The notes under the pieces: model-generated
The model's database searches: none
What the model was told of the DNA's origin: nothing
Seen by the model: the letters and a program-made list of their open reading frames with translations, nothing else
Virus record (IMG/VR): IMGVR_UViG_3300005466_000024
Span: 32,001 to 96,000 of that record
DNA from: a virus
DNA: 64,000 nucleotides
Direction: 5' to 3' (one strand)
Shown: piece by piece, positions 27,627 to 36,548 of the stretch
Layout of the letters: each line of letters opens with the position of its first letter
Numbering within the stretch: the stretch's first letter is position 1
Made by a program: the position numbers and the translations under genes

Positions 27627-28601
27627 TCACGGGCACAGGAACACCAATTCCAGGTGGTTGATCTGCTTCTCGGCAGAACTGGTGTCGTACCACAGCCAGG
27701 ACGGGTTGGAGCCGTTGTGCTTGGTGGTCAGCCGCAGGACGTCGTTGGCCTGGAAGCGGTACCAGAAGTTGATGTTGTTGCTCTGGGCGAAACCGGGGGT
27801 GTAGGAGAAGCCGCGCACGAATTCCCAGTCGTTGCGGGCCACGTCGGTGCCGTTGACGGTGATCCCGATCATCGAGTGGTCGTGGAAGGTGCGGGCGGGA
27901 TCCCAGTGGATGCGGGCCTGCAGGTGGTAGAGCCCCGGTTCGTCGATGACGATGTCGGTGTTGTTGACGGTGAAGTCCACCCGCGGGAAGAACAGTCTTT
28001 CCAGCAGGTTGGTGAACCAGCAGGTGTATCGGGTGTTGACCGGAACCTGCTGCACGGCCCGCGACTCTGCCCGCAGAATCGGCACGCTGGTGAGCGGTAC
28101 CAGCTGCCAGAACAGTCCGGTGGCCCCGGGCGGGTCCATCCACATCCTGGTGGCCAGGGTGTCGGTTTCGAAGATCAGCATGCCGGGGAACGGGCTGGCG
28201 GGACGGGTGGTGGATGTGCAGATGATGTAGGGGCGGTGCAGGATGTCGGGGCGGGTGGCGTTCCAGTCCAGTTGCAGATCCCCGGGCGCGGCCTGGTTGG
28301 AGTTGCGCCCAAGGGTGTGGTGCAGCGCGCCTTGCCCGGTGTCGGTGTCGGGGGATTGGTGGGTGTTGGCCTGCGCCAGTTTGGCGGTGGGCCACAGCCC
28401 CAGCCCGGAGGGGTCGGTGCCGGAGTGGTCGTGGGCCAGCGGGGCGGTGTGGGTCTCCAGTGCCATGACCGCCGCGCCGATGTCCTCGTGGCTTTCGTCG
28501 TGGTTGCGGTCGGAGTCGCCGGCCTCCGACAGTGAGGTGAACTCCGGCGCGCTCGGGGTGCTGAAGGTGTCGATCCCCGAACCGGGATACACGATGCCCA
28601 T
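27627..28601 (-). CDS. Minor structural fibre-like protein
   Basis: PYIICTSTTRPASPFPGMLIFETDT motif is common in actinophage tail/head fibres. Confidence 0.6.
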   Translation of the reverse strand: MGIVYPGSGIDTFSTPSAPEFTSLSEAGDSDRNHDESHEDIGAAVMALETHTAPLAHDHSGTDPSGLGLWPTAKLAQANTHQSPDTDTGQGALHHTLGRNSNQAAPGDLQLDWNATRPDILHRPYIICTSTTRPASPFPGMLIFETDTLATRMWMDPPGATGLFWQLVPLTSVPILRAESRAVQQVPVNTRYTCWFTNLLERLFFPRVDFTVNNTDIVIDEPGLYHLQARIHWDPARTFHDHSMIGITVNGTDVARNDWEFVRGFSYTPGFAQSNNINFWYRFQANDVLRLTTKHNGSNPSWLWYDTSSAEKQINHLELVFLCP

Positions 28602-28664
28602 GGGTCCGCCTTGCTGTCGCCGGGGGACCCGCGGCGGGCCGCGGGTCCCTCTCCGATTCCTCCC

Positions 28665-29390
28665 TTACGGGGTCGGCAGCACGCCGCCCCATGCGGTACC
28701 GGGCGTCTTGGGGCCGACTGCCGTCGAGTCGTAGAAGTCCTTCACCGGGTCGAAGTTCTTGGTGGTGGGGCACACCAGGGCTCCGACGGTGCCCTTGGTG
28801 GAGGCGCCGGTGTTGACGGCTACCTGCGGGCTCAGTGCCCCCAGCGCCGGGTTCCCGCTCGTGGTCACCGCGACGTCGATGGAGGGGTCGGTGCCGCCGG
28901 TCAGGCCGGTGGAGCCGACGAACGTGTTGGGCAGCCAGTCGGCGGCGATGGGGATGGTGATGACGCTGTTGGCCAGCGAGCCGGCGAAGGTCACGATCCA
29001 GGGGCCGCCGTTGGGGCCGCTGACCGTGACACCGCTGGAGCCGATGGCGGGCAGCGCGCGCAGCGCGCTCTGCATCGATGCGTTGCTGGCGTTGTAGGAC
29101 AGCGGGGTGGTGGCAGCGTCACCGAACACCAGGTAGAACTGACCGCCGGTGGGCGAACCCTTGACGGTGATGGTTTCGACCTCGCTCTGGGCGGCCACGT
29201 TGGTCCAGCCGACGGCATGGGCGTCGGCGGTGACGGCGTTCTCGGCGCTGATGCCGGTGGCCGGCGGGGTGGCCAGCACGTCGAGCACGGTGTTGTTCTC
29301 GTTGCCGCTGATGTTGGCTCCGAAGCCTGGCGGCGCACCCGCACTGTAATGCCGCGTCTGGAAGCTGCCGGAGAAGATAGGGCTGGTCAT
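28665..29390 (-). CDS. Head decoration/whisker-like protein
   Basis: Contains the ITVKGSPTGGQFYLVF...YNASNASMQSALRAL...GGPWIVTF module widespread in mycobacteriophage structural proteins. Confidence 0.65.
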   Translation of the reverse strand: MTSPIFSGSFQTRHYSAGAPPGFGANISGNENNTVLDVLATPPATGISAENAVTADAHAVGWTNVAAQSEVETITVKGSPTGGQFYLVFGDAATTPLSYNASNASMQSALRALPAIGSSGVTVSGPNGGPWIVTFAGSLANSVITIPIAADWLPNTFVGSTGLTGGTDPSIDVAVTTSGNPALGALSPQVAVNTGASTKGTVGALVCPTTKNFDPVKDFYDSTAVGPKTPGTAWGGVLPTP

Positions 29391-29421
29391 GTGGGTTTCC
29401 TCTCAGTGCTGGTCGGCGCGC

Positions 29422-30068
29422 TTACAGTCCCCACGGGGTGGGTCCGGATTGCCACCGCGACCCCGATCCGGTCTGGGCGCTGGGGGTCGGGGCGTAGTTG
29501 GGGGGCACCGCCATACCCTTCAGCGCGCTGCTGACGGTGGGGTCGAAGCCGGGGGTGCCCACCGGGAGGTTGTGCTGGCGGGTCTGGCCGAGGAGTTTCC
29601 ACCACGCGTTGTGCTGCGGGGTGACCGGCAGTGGTGCAGTCATGATCGTTTCTCCTTGTCAGCTCGGTTTGATGGCCATGCAGTCGAGCACGGTGAATTT
29701 GCTGGGATCGAAGTACCTGGAGCCCGGTTCGATGTTGGGTTGCCGTATCAGGCAGCCGTTCTGGTACATCGTGACCATGTCGTCGGTCATCCAGTCCGTT
29801 CCCCACCGCAGCGCAGCGGCCATCAGTCGACCCAGCCGTTGACGGGTTCGGGGTACACCCAGGTGCCCGCTGCTGCGGCGTTGCTGAACGCGTCGATGGC
29901 GTTCTCGGCGACGATGCCGCCCGCAGGCGGGTTGGCCAGGTAGTCCAGCGGCGTGGTGTGTCCGACGAACAGCCGGTCCGGAGGCCAGCCACCCATGAAT
30001 TGGCGCTTCTGCTGGGCTGCGGTGTACCAGACGGGGAGCGGGCCCGCGACGGGCGGGGTGTCGGCCAT
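29422..30068 (-). CDS. Three small hypothetical genes (29422..29643, 29659..29823, 29823..30068)
   Basis: Coupled starts/stops. 29823..30068 shares a GIxAENA motif with 28665..29390. Confidence 0.55.
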
Positions 30069-30727
30069 CAGCTGATTCCCTTCTGCGGTGTGTTCACCTG
30101 AGGCTTGGTGAACCTCCAGGTGCTGGTGCCGTCCGGGGCGACGTCCTGGGTGGCCACGAACAGGTGGGTCATGTCGACGTGTTCGTCGCACAGCGGCGGC
30201 ACGCCGCCGCGGTCGTCGGTGGCGGACTGGATGACCCGGCCACCGATGATCACCCCGGTCTTGGGATCCACCCGGCCGCACTGCAGGCAGGGCTTCTCGA
30301 CGAGTGCCCTGCTGACGTTGGAGGTGTTGACCGTGATGGTCGGTTCGACCGGCTTGCCCTCGTTGTTGATCGGGCGCCCGGAGTTCATGATCTCCACCAA
30401 CCGGTCTTCGGGGGCCTTGACGTGCTGGTTCATCAGCAGCGTGATCTCGTCCTCCATCCCCGGGTCGGCGGACACCGTCAGGGCCTGGCGCATCCACAGC
30501 CGTTGGAAGCCGCGCACCTCCAGGCATTCCTTGGGCAGGGAGGCGATGGAGTCCATCTCGCCGGCCGGGGCGAGTTCCAGGCTGATGCGGGTGGCCATCG
30601 GTCCGGCGCCGATGACGGTGTGGATGTGCACCTGGTTGCGCGTGTTGTTGCGCACGAACAGCGGCCCGTCGTGGCGGCGCAGTTCGGGCAGCGTCTGGGG
30701 ATTGGAGGTCTTCTCCGGCACGGTCAT
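30068..30727 (-). CDS. Hypothetical head-region protein with C-terminal Cys motif
   Basis: Coding-like ORF coupled to the downstream gene; KPCLQCG...PLCDEH. Alternative GTG start at 30736. Confidence 0.6.
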   Translation of the reverse strand: MTVPEKTSNPQTLPELRRHDGPLFVRNNTRNQVHIHTVIGAGPMATRISLELAPAGEMDSIASLPKECLEVRGFQRLWMRQALTVSADPGMEDEITLLMNQHVKAPEDRLVEIMNSGRPINNEGKPVEPTITVNTSNVSRALVEKPCLQCGRVDPKTGVIIGGRVIQSATDDRGGVPPLCDEHVDMTHLFVATQDVAPDGTSTWRFTKPQVNTPQKGIS

Positions 30728-30818
30728 CGCGACCACCCTTTGTTGGCGGCGCTCACGCTGCGGGGTTCCCTTCCCGGCTACAGCGCGCTACCTACCCTTT
30801 ACGGGGGCCGGGCAAAGG

Positions 30819-30863
30819 GGAACCCCGCCACTACAGCTAGGGAGGCTAAAGCGGCGGGGTTCC
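30819..30863 (-). terminator. Terminator after the Lsr2 cassette
   Basis: 11-bp inverted repeat GGAACCCCGCC/GGCGGGGTTCC just after the stop at 30874, followed by TTT on the minus strand. Confidence 0.6.
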
Positions 30864-30873
30864 GATCAGGGGG

Positions 30874-31445
30874 TTATTCGCCCGCGGGCTCGAGGAGGGG
30901 GACGTGCTCGGCCCCGTGGGCATCGATGTGGACTACAACGGGGTTGGTGAGTCGCAGGCCGGGGTCGGCGAGCACCTCGTCCAGGAACGATTCCAGGCAC
31001 AGGGGGCAGCACTGCACGATGATCCGCTGGGTGCGGTCGGCATCGAGTACTGCCATCAGGGGCATGTCCAACGCCTCGGCGAACGCCTCGGCCCCCCTGA
31101 CCGCTTCGCGTTCGGCCAGCGTCACCAGATAACTGTTCATCATTTCGTCTCCCTCCCTTCCCCGGTCAGTTGAAATCGACAGCGTCACAACAATTCTAGG
31201 GATCAGGCCCCGGAAAATCAAAGATGGGGCTGTGATATTCCCCCACAGCCTTTCCCGATTAAACGCCCCGATTACCCCTGATCGGTGCGTATCTGCGGTT
31301 GGTGGCCGGGCGCCGGATACACCTGGACCGTCATCTGGTCGTCGCCGGTGACGTTCACGCACACCTCACTGGTGGTTCCGTCGCGGTGCAGTGCCGAGGT
31401 CCACTGGCTCTCGCCGGACCGGATCACCCGGGTCTCATGCGTCAT
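30874..31445 (-). CDS. Two small hypothetical genes (30874..31143, 31272..31445)
   Basis: Open frames with RBS-like sequences, downstream of lsr2. Confidence 0.5.
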
Positions 31446-31473
31446 TGCCCGGGATCCCTTACTGCGTGGTCCA

Positions 31474-31803
31474 TCAGCCGACTGCGACCACGGGCTGGCG
31501 TTGCGCCGCCTCGTAGGCGTCGTTCACCTGCTTGGGGATGCGCCCCCGGTTGCGCACGATGTACCCGTTCTTCCTGGCCCATTCGCGGACCACGTCGAGG
31601 TCCACCTTGTCGGCGGCGGCTTTCTTGTCGCTCTTGCCGACGACGCGCGAGTGCCGCAGCCACTTCTCCATGTCCTTGTCGAAGAGTGCCTTGTTGGCGT
31701 TCGTCAGGTCGATCTCGCGACGTTCACCGTCGTAGGTGAATCGCCAGGTGCCGTCGGCGAGGTTGCCGTCGATATCGTCGATCAGCATCTTTTGTTCCAT
31801 CAC
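31474..31803 (-). CDS. lsr2: Lsr2-like nucleoid-associated protein
   Basis: LIDDIDG...EIDLT (oligomerisation domain) and VREWARKNGY...RGRIP (AT-hook DNA-binding domain). Confidence 0.9.
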   Translation of the reverse strand: MMEQKMLIDDIDGNLADGTWRFTYDGERREIDLTNANKALFDKDMEKWLRHSRVVGKSDKKAAADKVDLDVVREWARKNGYIVRNRGRIPKQVNDAYEAAQRQPVVAVG

Positions 31804-31837
31804 GGCCTCTCGGTTGCGTTATCCGCTATTTGGGACA

Positions 31838-31866
31838 ATGATATAGAGCCGGGGATTGGGGATCAA
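31838..31866 (-). promoter_or_regulatory. SigA-type promoter for lsr2
   Basis: TTGATC-N17-TATCAT, 35 bp upstream of the start. Confidence 0.65.
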
Positions 31867-32048
31867 GCTGACCGCCACACCCACACCCTATTTCCACAAT
31901 CATAGATTCGCACATACCCCAACAGGTGCATGATCCTCGGGTTCATTCTTCATTTTGGGTTTGGTAACGGGTCGGTACTTCTGCCTCGTTGGCCCTGACC
32001 CACACGTAGTTGGGTGGGCTGATGTGTGAGAACTCAAGTTCCAGTACA

Positions 32049-32092
32049 CACTGAAGATCCCGATCGCTTCTTTGCTCTCGGGATCTTCAGTG
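32049..32092 (-). terminator. Terminator after the major capsid gene
   Basis: 15-bp perfect stem CACTGAAGATCCCGA/TCGGGATCTTCAGTG. Confidence 0.75.
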
Positions 32093-32107
32093 CTGGTTGG
32101 GAGCTTT

Positions 32108-33112
32108 TTAAGCTTTGCGCAAAATCATGAGCCCGCGCGGATTGATCACGACCATGCCCAAAAGTTCGTCCATGACCCAGCCACGATGGAACTTGGGCAC
32201 GTTGTTGTCCTCTTCGACGTCGAGGCTGTACATGATCGGCAGAACTCCGAGGAATTCCGGTGCCGGCGTCAGGTACGTGGTGCCCTTGGGGATGATGATG
32301 GACTTGCCGATCTGGAATTCACCGAACTGGACGATGCGCTCGCCGGCGACGACGCTGTCCTTGAACGCCCAGCCGGTCGTCGCGATGTCCCACCGGTAGA
32401 AGTCCCGGTATTCGTTGGGGTTGCACAGCAGCCGAGACGAATCCAACATGCGCTGATCGGTGAAGGTCACCGCGGTGTACAGGTCGTTGGGTTCCAGGTT
32501 CTCCCCGGCCACGGTGATCTCGTTGGGCAGGCTGCCCGTCGAGGGGTTGGCGGTGGCGTCGACCAGCCGGTACTGGGCGGCCGACACCTCGAGCAAGGTC
32601 ACCAGGCGCGCGTCCTCCTGACGCATGATGCCCTGTTTCGATTCGTCCTGGGTGTACTCCACGATGTTGCTGCGGAGCCAGTACAGGTCTTCCTTCTTGA
32701 TGTTCGGGAACGTCGCGATGCGGAACAGCTCGACCCGCACGCGTTTGCCCTCGAAGGGGGTGATCTGCACTTCGCCCTCGTCGCCGTGCAGGATGTAGGC
32801 CTGCCCCAGGTCGTCGAGCACGTCGTATTCGACTGGGACGCCGGGGGTGAGCGCGTCCTCGAGCAGGACGTTGCGCACGATGCCCTGGTAGCGCAGCTTG
32901 AGCTGGATCGGGCCGATCATGGATTGCCCGAGACGCAGCAGGCCGTTCTGCTTGTCGTTGAGGATCTGGGCGAGTTGGATCTGCTTTTCGCGGGTGGACA
33001 GTTTGCGACCGCCCATGCGTCGCATCATGCCCGCCATTTCGGCGGCGTATTCCTCGGAATGCTTTGCGAGCTTGCCGAATCCGGTTGCGACCGGGAGTGT
33101 CGCCATGTTCAT
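32108..33112 (-). CDS. Major capsid protein (Bxz1-like)
   Basis: LGQSMIGPIQLKLRYQGIVRNVLLED...FEGKRV..LFRIATFP.IKKEDLY recognised as the cluster C-type capsid. Confidence 0.92.
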   Translation of the reverse strand: MNMATLPVATGFGKLAKHSEEYAAEMAGMMRRMGGRKLSTREKQIQLAQILNDKQNGLLRLGQSMIGPIQLKLRYQGIVRNVLLEDALTPGVPVEYDVLDDLGQAYILHGDEGEVQITPFEGKRVRVELFRIATFPNIKKEDLYWLRSNIVEYTQDESKQGIMRQEDARLVTLLEVSAAQYRLVDATANPSTGSLPNEITVAGENLEPNDLYTAVTFTDQRMLDSSRLLCNPNEYRDFYRWDIATTGWAFKDSVVAGERIVQFGEFQIGKSIIIPKGTTYLTPAPEFLGVLPIMYSLDVEEDNNVPKFHRGWVMDELLGMVVINPRGLMILRKA

Positions 33113-33146
33113 GGTGTGTCCTCGTTTCTGTGTCGGCTCGCCGGAT

Positions 33147-33677
33147 TCAGCTGCCCGCCACCGCGCCGGAGGCGAAGTGGAACCTGTTGAGCCGCACGAG
33201 GATCTTGTCGGTCCCGTAGACGTCCATCAGTTCGGCGACGGCGTTGGTGTTGTCGGCGCCGGTGGGGGTCAGTAGGCCCTTGTTGGTGCCGGTGAGCAGG
33301 GTGCGGCCACCGTCGGAGGGGTTGTAGGAGTTCCAGTTGGCGGTCTGGTCGAAGGCCGGGGCGAAGATGACGAACGTCGCCTCGGAGTCGCCCACCCATA
33401 CGGTGAAGTTGTTGGCACCGGTGCCGGTGACCTCGTCGATCCCCAGGGTGGGGGCGCAGAACAGCGCCGAGAGGCCGAACGGCCTCTGGTTGCCGGTGCC
33501 CTTGTAGGGGGTGAAGAGCTCGCCGCCGAGTCGGCACATGACGCTGCCGGGGTAGATGTCGAAGCTGCGGTCGAAGTTGGGGTCCAGGAATCCCGCGTAG
33601 GTGGTGGCCTGCGTCTGGGCGTACTTGGGCTGAATAGTCCTTTTCTGACCGGGGTTGGCCAGGGTGGGCCGGAACAT
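33147..33677 (-). CDS. Capsid decoration protein
   Basis: 176 aa gene between scaffold and MCP; IYPGSVM motif. Confidence 0.65.
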   Translation of the reverse strand: MFRPTLANPGQKRTIQPKYAQTQATTYAGFLDPNFDRSFDIYPGSVMCRLGGELFTPYKGTGNQRPFGLSALFCAPTLGIDEVTGTGANNFTVWVGDSEATFVIFAPAFDQTANWNSYNPSDGGRTLLTGTNKGLLTPTGADNTNAVAELMDVYGTDKILVRLNRFHFASGAVAGS

Positions 33678-33686
33678 GATGGTCTC

Positions 33687-36545
33687 CTAAATGAACAGCG
33701 CGCTGTCGTTGCTGGGGTCGGTGGCCGCGTACCGCACGTTCGAGGGAGCCGTGCGAGGTGAGGTCAGGCCGGGTGGGATGCGCCCTGCGGCACCAGAGGC
33801 CGCGGCCAGGCGCCGGGAGGCGCTGCGGGCGCGGGTGGCGTTGGCTTGCGCCACCGCCTCCAGGAGTCGGGTGCGGTCCACGATCGTGGCGTGGCGCATC
33901 TGCTGGGCCTGGGCGACCAGCTGCCATTTGTCCTCGTAGGGCAGGCCGCTGTTGATGTAGGCCTCGGCGTAGCGCACTGCCGCGACCGCGTCGGCCTTGC
34001 GGTTGAAGGAGGCGGCCCGTTCCTCGCGATCGGAGGTGCCGCCGCCTTCCCCGGGCGCCCAGATCTGCGAGTTGGTGGACAGGTCGGGTTTGGCGACACT
34101 GTCGCCCGCGTTCTGCCCGAACTCGCCGATGTCGTACTGGCTCTGCTGGGCCCGCTGATCGGTGGTGTCGTTGACCGGTGCCTCCACGTCCACCCGCTCA
34201 TCCGGCGCTGCAACTTCCAGCGATTCGTTGGCACGGCGATCCATGGCTTCCCTCCTGTCGACCTCAGCCCTTCTGGCCCGCCGCAGAAAAACTTCCAGCG
34301 CGGGGAACATGGCCTGCAGGGGGACGCCCGACGCTTCGGCGTAACGAGCCGCCTGGCGCCGAACGAAGTTGGGGTGGTGTGCGGTGGCCGACCGGCCGGT
34401 GGTGGCGCGCATCCAGTCGTCGAATGCCGCGAACGCGCGCACCGAGGCGTCCTTGGGTTGGGTGGAGTCGCTGACCAGTTCGACGTCGGTGAAGTCGTGG
34501 CCCTTGATGTCCTGGTCGTCGGTGCCGCTCAGCGGCGGGTCGAGCACCCGGGAGTCGGTGGTGGCTTCGGCGGCGGTGCGACGACGAGAGTCCTTGTCCC
34601 ACGGGAACTTTTTGTCGTCGTCCTTGTCCTTGTCGTCCTCGTCGTCGTCACTGCCGCACTCGTCGGAACCGGTGAGTGCGCGGTAGGCCTGGATGTCTCG
34701 TTCGAGGTCGACCGAACGACCCCGGATGCGTCGGCGCAGCGAGGCCACCAGGTTGTCGGGGGTGTTGGTGATCTTGGAATCACCGTCCCTGGGCGCTTCG
34801 ACGGCCTCGCCGCCGGGGGTCTGGCTGACGTACACCGGCTCCTGCTCGCCCTGGTCGTTGTCGTCGGTGTGGTAGGGGCCGCCCTCGACGTCGCCCGATC
34901 CGTCGGAGTCGGCGAAGTGCTGCTGGGGCGCCTTGGCGTGCCGGGAGGCCTGCACGACCCGCTCTGTCAACCCGCTCATGCGATGTGCCTCCTTGGACGG
35001 CTTTCTCTTTTCCTTGCGGTTGGCCGCAACCTGTTGCTGCAGTGGCTCGTCGTCGTCACCGAACGCCTGCTCGGCCTGCTGCAGGTCGCCCTCGGCTTCC
35101 TGCAGCAGCTCCGCGTCGGACTTGCCACTGCCATCTCCGCTGTCGCCGGAGTCGTCCGAGTCGCCGTCATCGGAGCCGGAGTCGTCGTCCTCGTAGTCGC
35201 CGTCGTCGGACTCGTCGGAATCCGATGTGTCGTCCTCGTCGCCGTCGGAGTCGTCGGAACCGTCGCTGTCGGAGTCGTCGTCCTCGGCCAGCCATGGCGG
35301 CAGGCCCTTGCCGTCGTCCTCCTCCGCGAAGACGTAGCGCCTCCCGGTCCGCGGGTCGATGAGGATTTGCGGGCGCTCGGCGTAGTCGGCAGAACGCTCG
35401 TGGTTACGGCGCTGCTTGGTGCGGGCCATGTTTCCCCTCCTCAGCCGGGGGTCTTCGGGGTCGACGTCCTCGACGTCTTCGGCGCGGCGGTCGGCGTCTA
35501 ACCCTTCTTCTTCCTGTTCGCGGTCGAGTTGCTTGGTTCGCGACAGGTCGGGGGTGCGCAGTTCCTTCGGCGACCGGATGGTCTGCTGGAACGGGACGTC
35601 GTCCTGTTCCTCGTTCTCCCACGGCGTGATGAACTGGTAGTCGCCGTCATCGAGGTCTTCCCGGCGCAGCGTGTCGATGTCCTCGGGAGCCTCCACCTCG
35701 CCGTACCCTCGCCGCTCGGTGCCGCCTTCGTGGTGGCGACGTCTCTTCTCCTCGAGTTCGGCGTCGAGCTGGTCGAGGAACTTGTCGGGGTCGAAGTAGT
35801 CGCGGATCCGCTGCCGCAGTCGGCTCGGGTGCTCCTCCTCCGGGGGCAGCTCCTTGATGGTGCGGTAGTCCCAGCCTTCGCGGTGGCCTGGCTGACGGCC
35901 GGCGGCGATCACCCGGCTGACCAGCGCGGTCTCGTCGGCCGGGTCGAACACGTACGACAATTCGAAGAACCCGAGTTTCTCGCAGATCTCGTGGACCGGT
36001 TCGACACGCCCGGTGCGCGGGTTGTACAGTTTCTCGCCCTTGCGGGCCGCGACGTGCTCGCAGAATTCTGGTTCGTCGGTGGCCCGGTTACCGCAATGGC
36101 TGCAGATGGTGACCGCGCACTCGACGCCCATCGACACCGAGTCCAGCCCGCCTTCGCGAATCTCCTTGGCCAGCTTGGGGAATCGCTGGGCGTCGACCTC
36201 CATGATGGTTTCGATGTACCGGTCGTCCCCGGCCTCGACGTAGCGCGCGGCGATGACCTTACCGCGGGCCTTTTTCCAATCTTCATTGGTATGGTTTACG
36301 AAGATCGGTTTCCCGATGAATGACCTGTAGCTCTTTTTCAATTCCTCGGAGGGCCAGGCGTCGTAATTCTGATTTATCCTGGCGGTTATCGCCCGAACTT
36401 GCGAGTACAGGAATCCTGGTTTCGGTGCCCAATTTCTGGCTATCGCGGCATGCTTCTGCCCGTGATATGCCATCAGTACTTGTTTGACGCCATCAACGGA
36501 AAAATGCCGCGATGACCCCGTCTTGATCGGGCGAACTATCGACAT
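33687..36545 (-). CDS. Capsid maturation protease fused to long acidic scaffold/internal region
   Basis: N-domain FIGKPIFVNH...SVSMG...CSHCG...FFELSYVFDPADETA, followed by a D/S/E-rich linker. Confidence 0.8.
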   Translation of the reverse strand: MSIVRPIKTGSSRHFSVDGVKQVLMAYHGQKHAAIARNWAPKPGFLYSQVRAITARINQNYDAWPSEELKKSYRSFIGKPIFVNHTNEDWKKARGKVIAARYVEAGDDRYIETIMEVDAQRFPKLAKEIREGGLDSVSMGVECAVTICSHCGNRATDEPEFCEHVAARKGEKLYNPRTGRVEPVHEICEKLGFFELSYVFDPADETALVSRVIAAGRQPGHREGWDYRTIKELPPEEEHPSRLRQRIRDYFDPDKFLDQLDAELEEKRRRHHEGGTERRGYGEVEAPEDIDTLRREDLDDGDYQFITPWENEEQDDVPFQQTIRSPKELRTPDLSRTKQLDREQEEEGLDADRRAEDVEDVDPEDPRLRRGNMARTKQRRNHERSADYAERPQILIDPRTGRRYVFAEEDDGKGLPPWLAEDDDSDSDGSDDSDGDEDDTSDSDESDDGDYEDDDSGSDDGDSDDSGDSGDGSGKSDAELLQEAEGDLQQAEQAFGDDDEPLQQQVAANRKEKRKPSKEAHRMSGLTERVVQASRHAKAPQQHFADSDGSGDVEGGPYHTDDNDQGEQEPVYVSQTPGGEAVEAPRDGDSKITNTPDNLVASLRRRIRGRSVDLERDIQAYRALTGSDECGSDDDEDDKDKDDDKKFPWDKDSRRRTAAEATTDSRVLDPPLSGTDDQDIKGHDFTDVELVSDSTQPKDASVRAFAAFDDWMRATTGRSATAHHPNFVRRQAARYAEASGVPLQAMFPALEVFLRRARRAEVDRREAMDRRANESLEVAAPDERVDVEAPVNDTTDQRAQQSQYDIGEFGQNAGDSVAKPDLSTNSQIWAPGEGGGTSDREERAASFNRKADAVAAVRYAEAYINSGLPYEDKWQLVAQAQQMRHATIVDRTRLLEAVAQANATRARSASRRLAAASGAAGRIPPGLTSPRTAPSNVRYAATDPSNDSALFI

Positions 36546-36548
36546 CAG

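Noticed and set aside
31870-32045. AT-richer spacer as a possible tRNA or ncRNA (cluster C phages often carry tRNAs)
   Set aside because: No cloverleaf or TTCGA/CCA pattern found; explained by the terminator and promoter.
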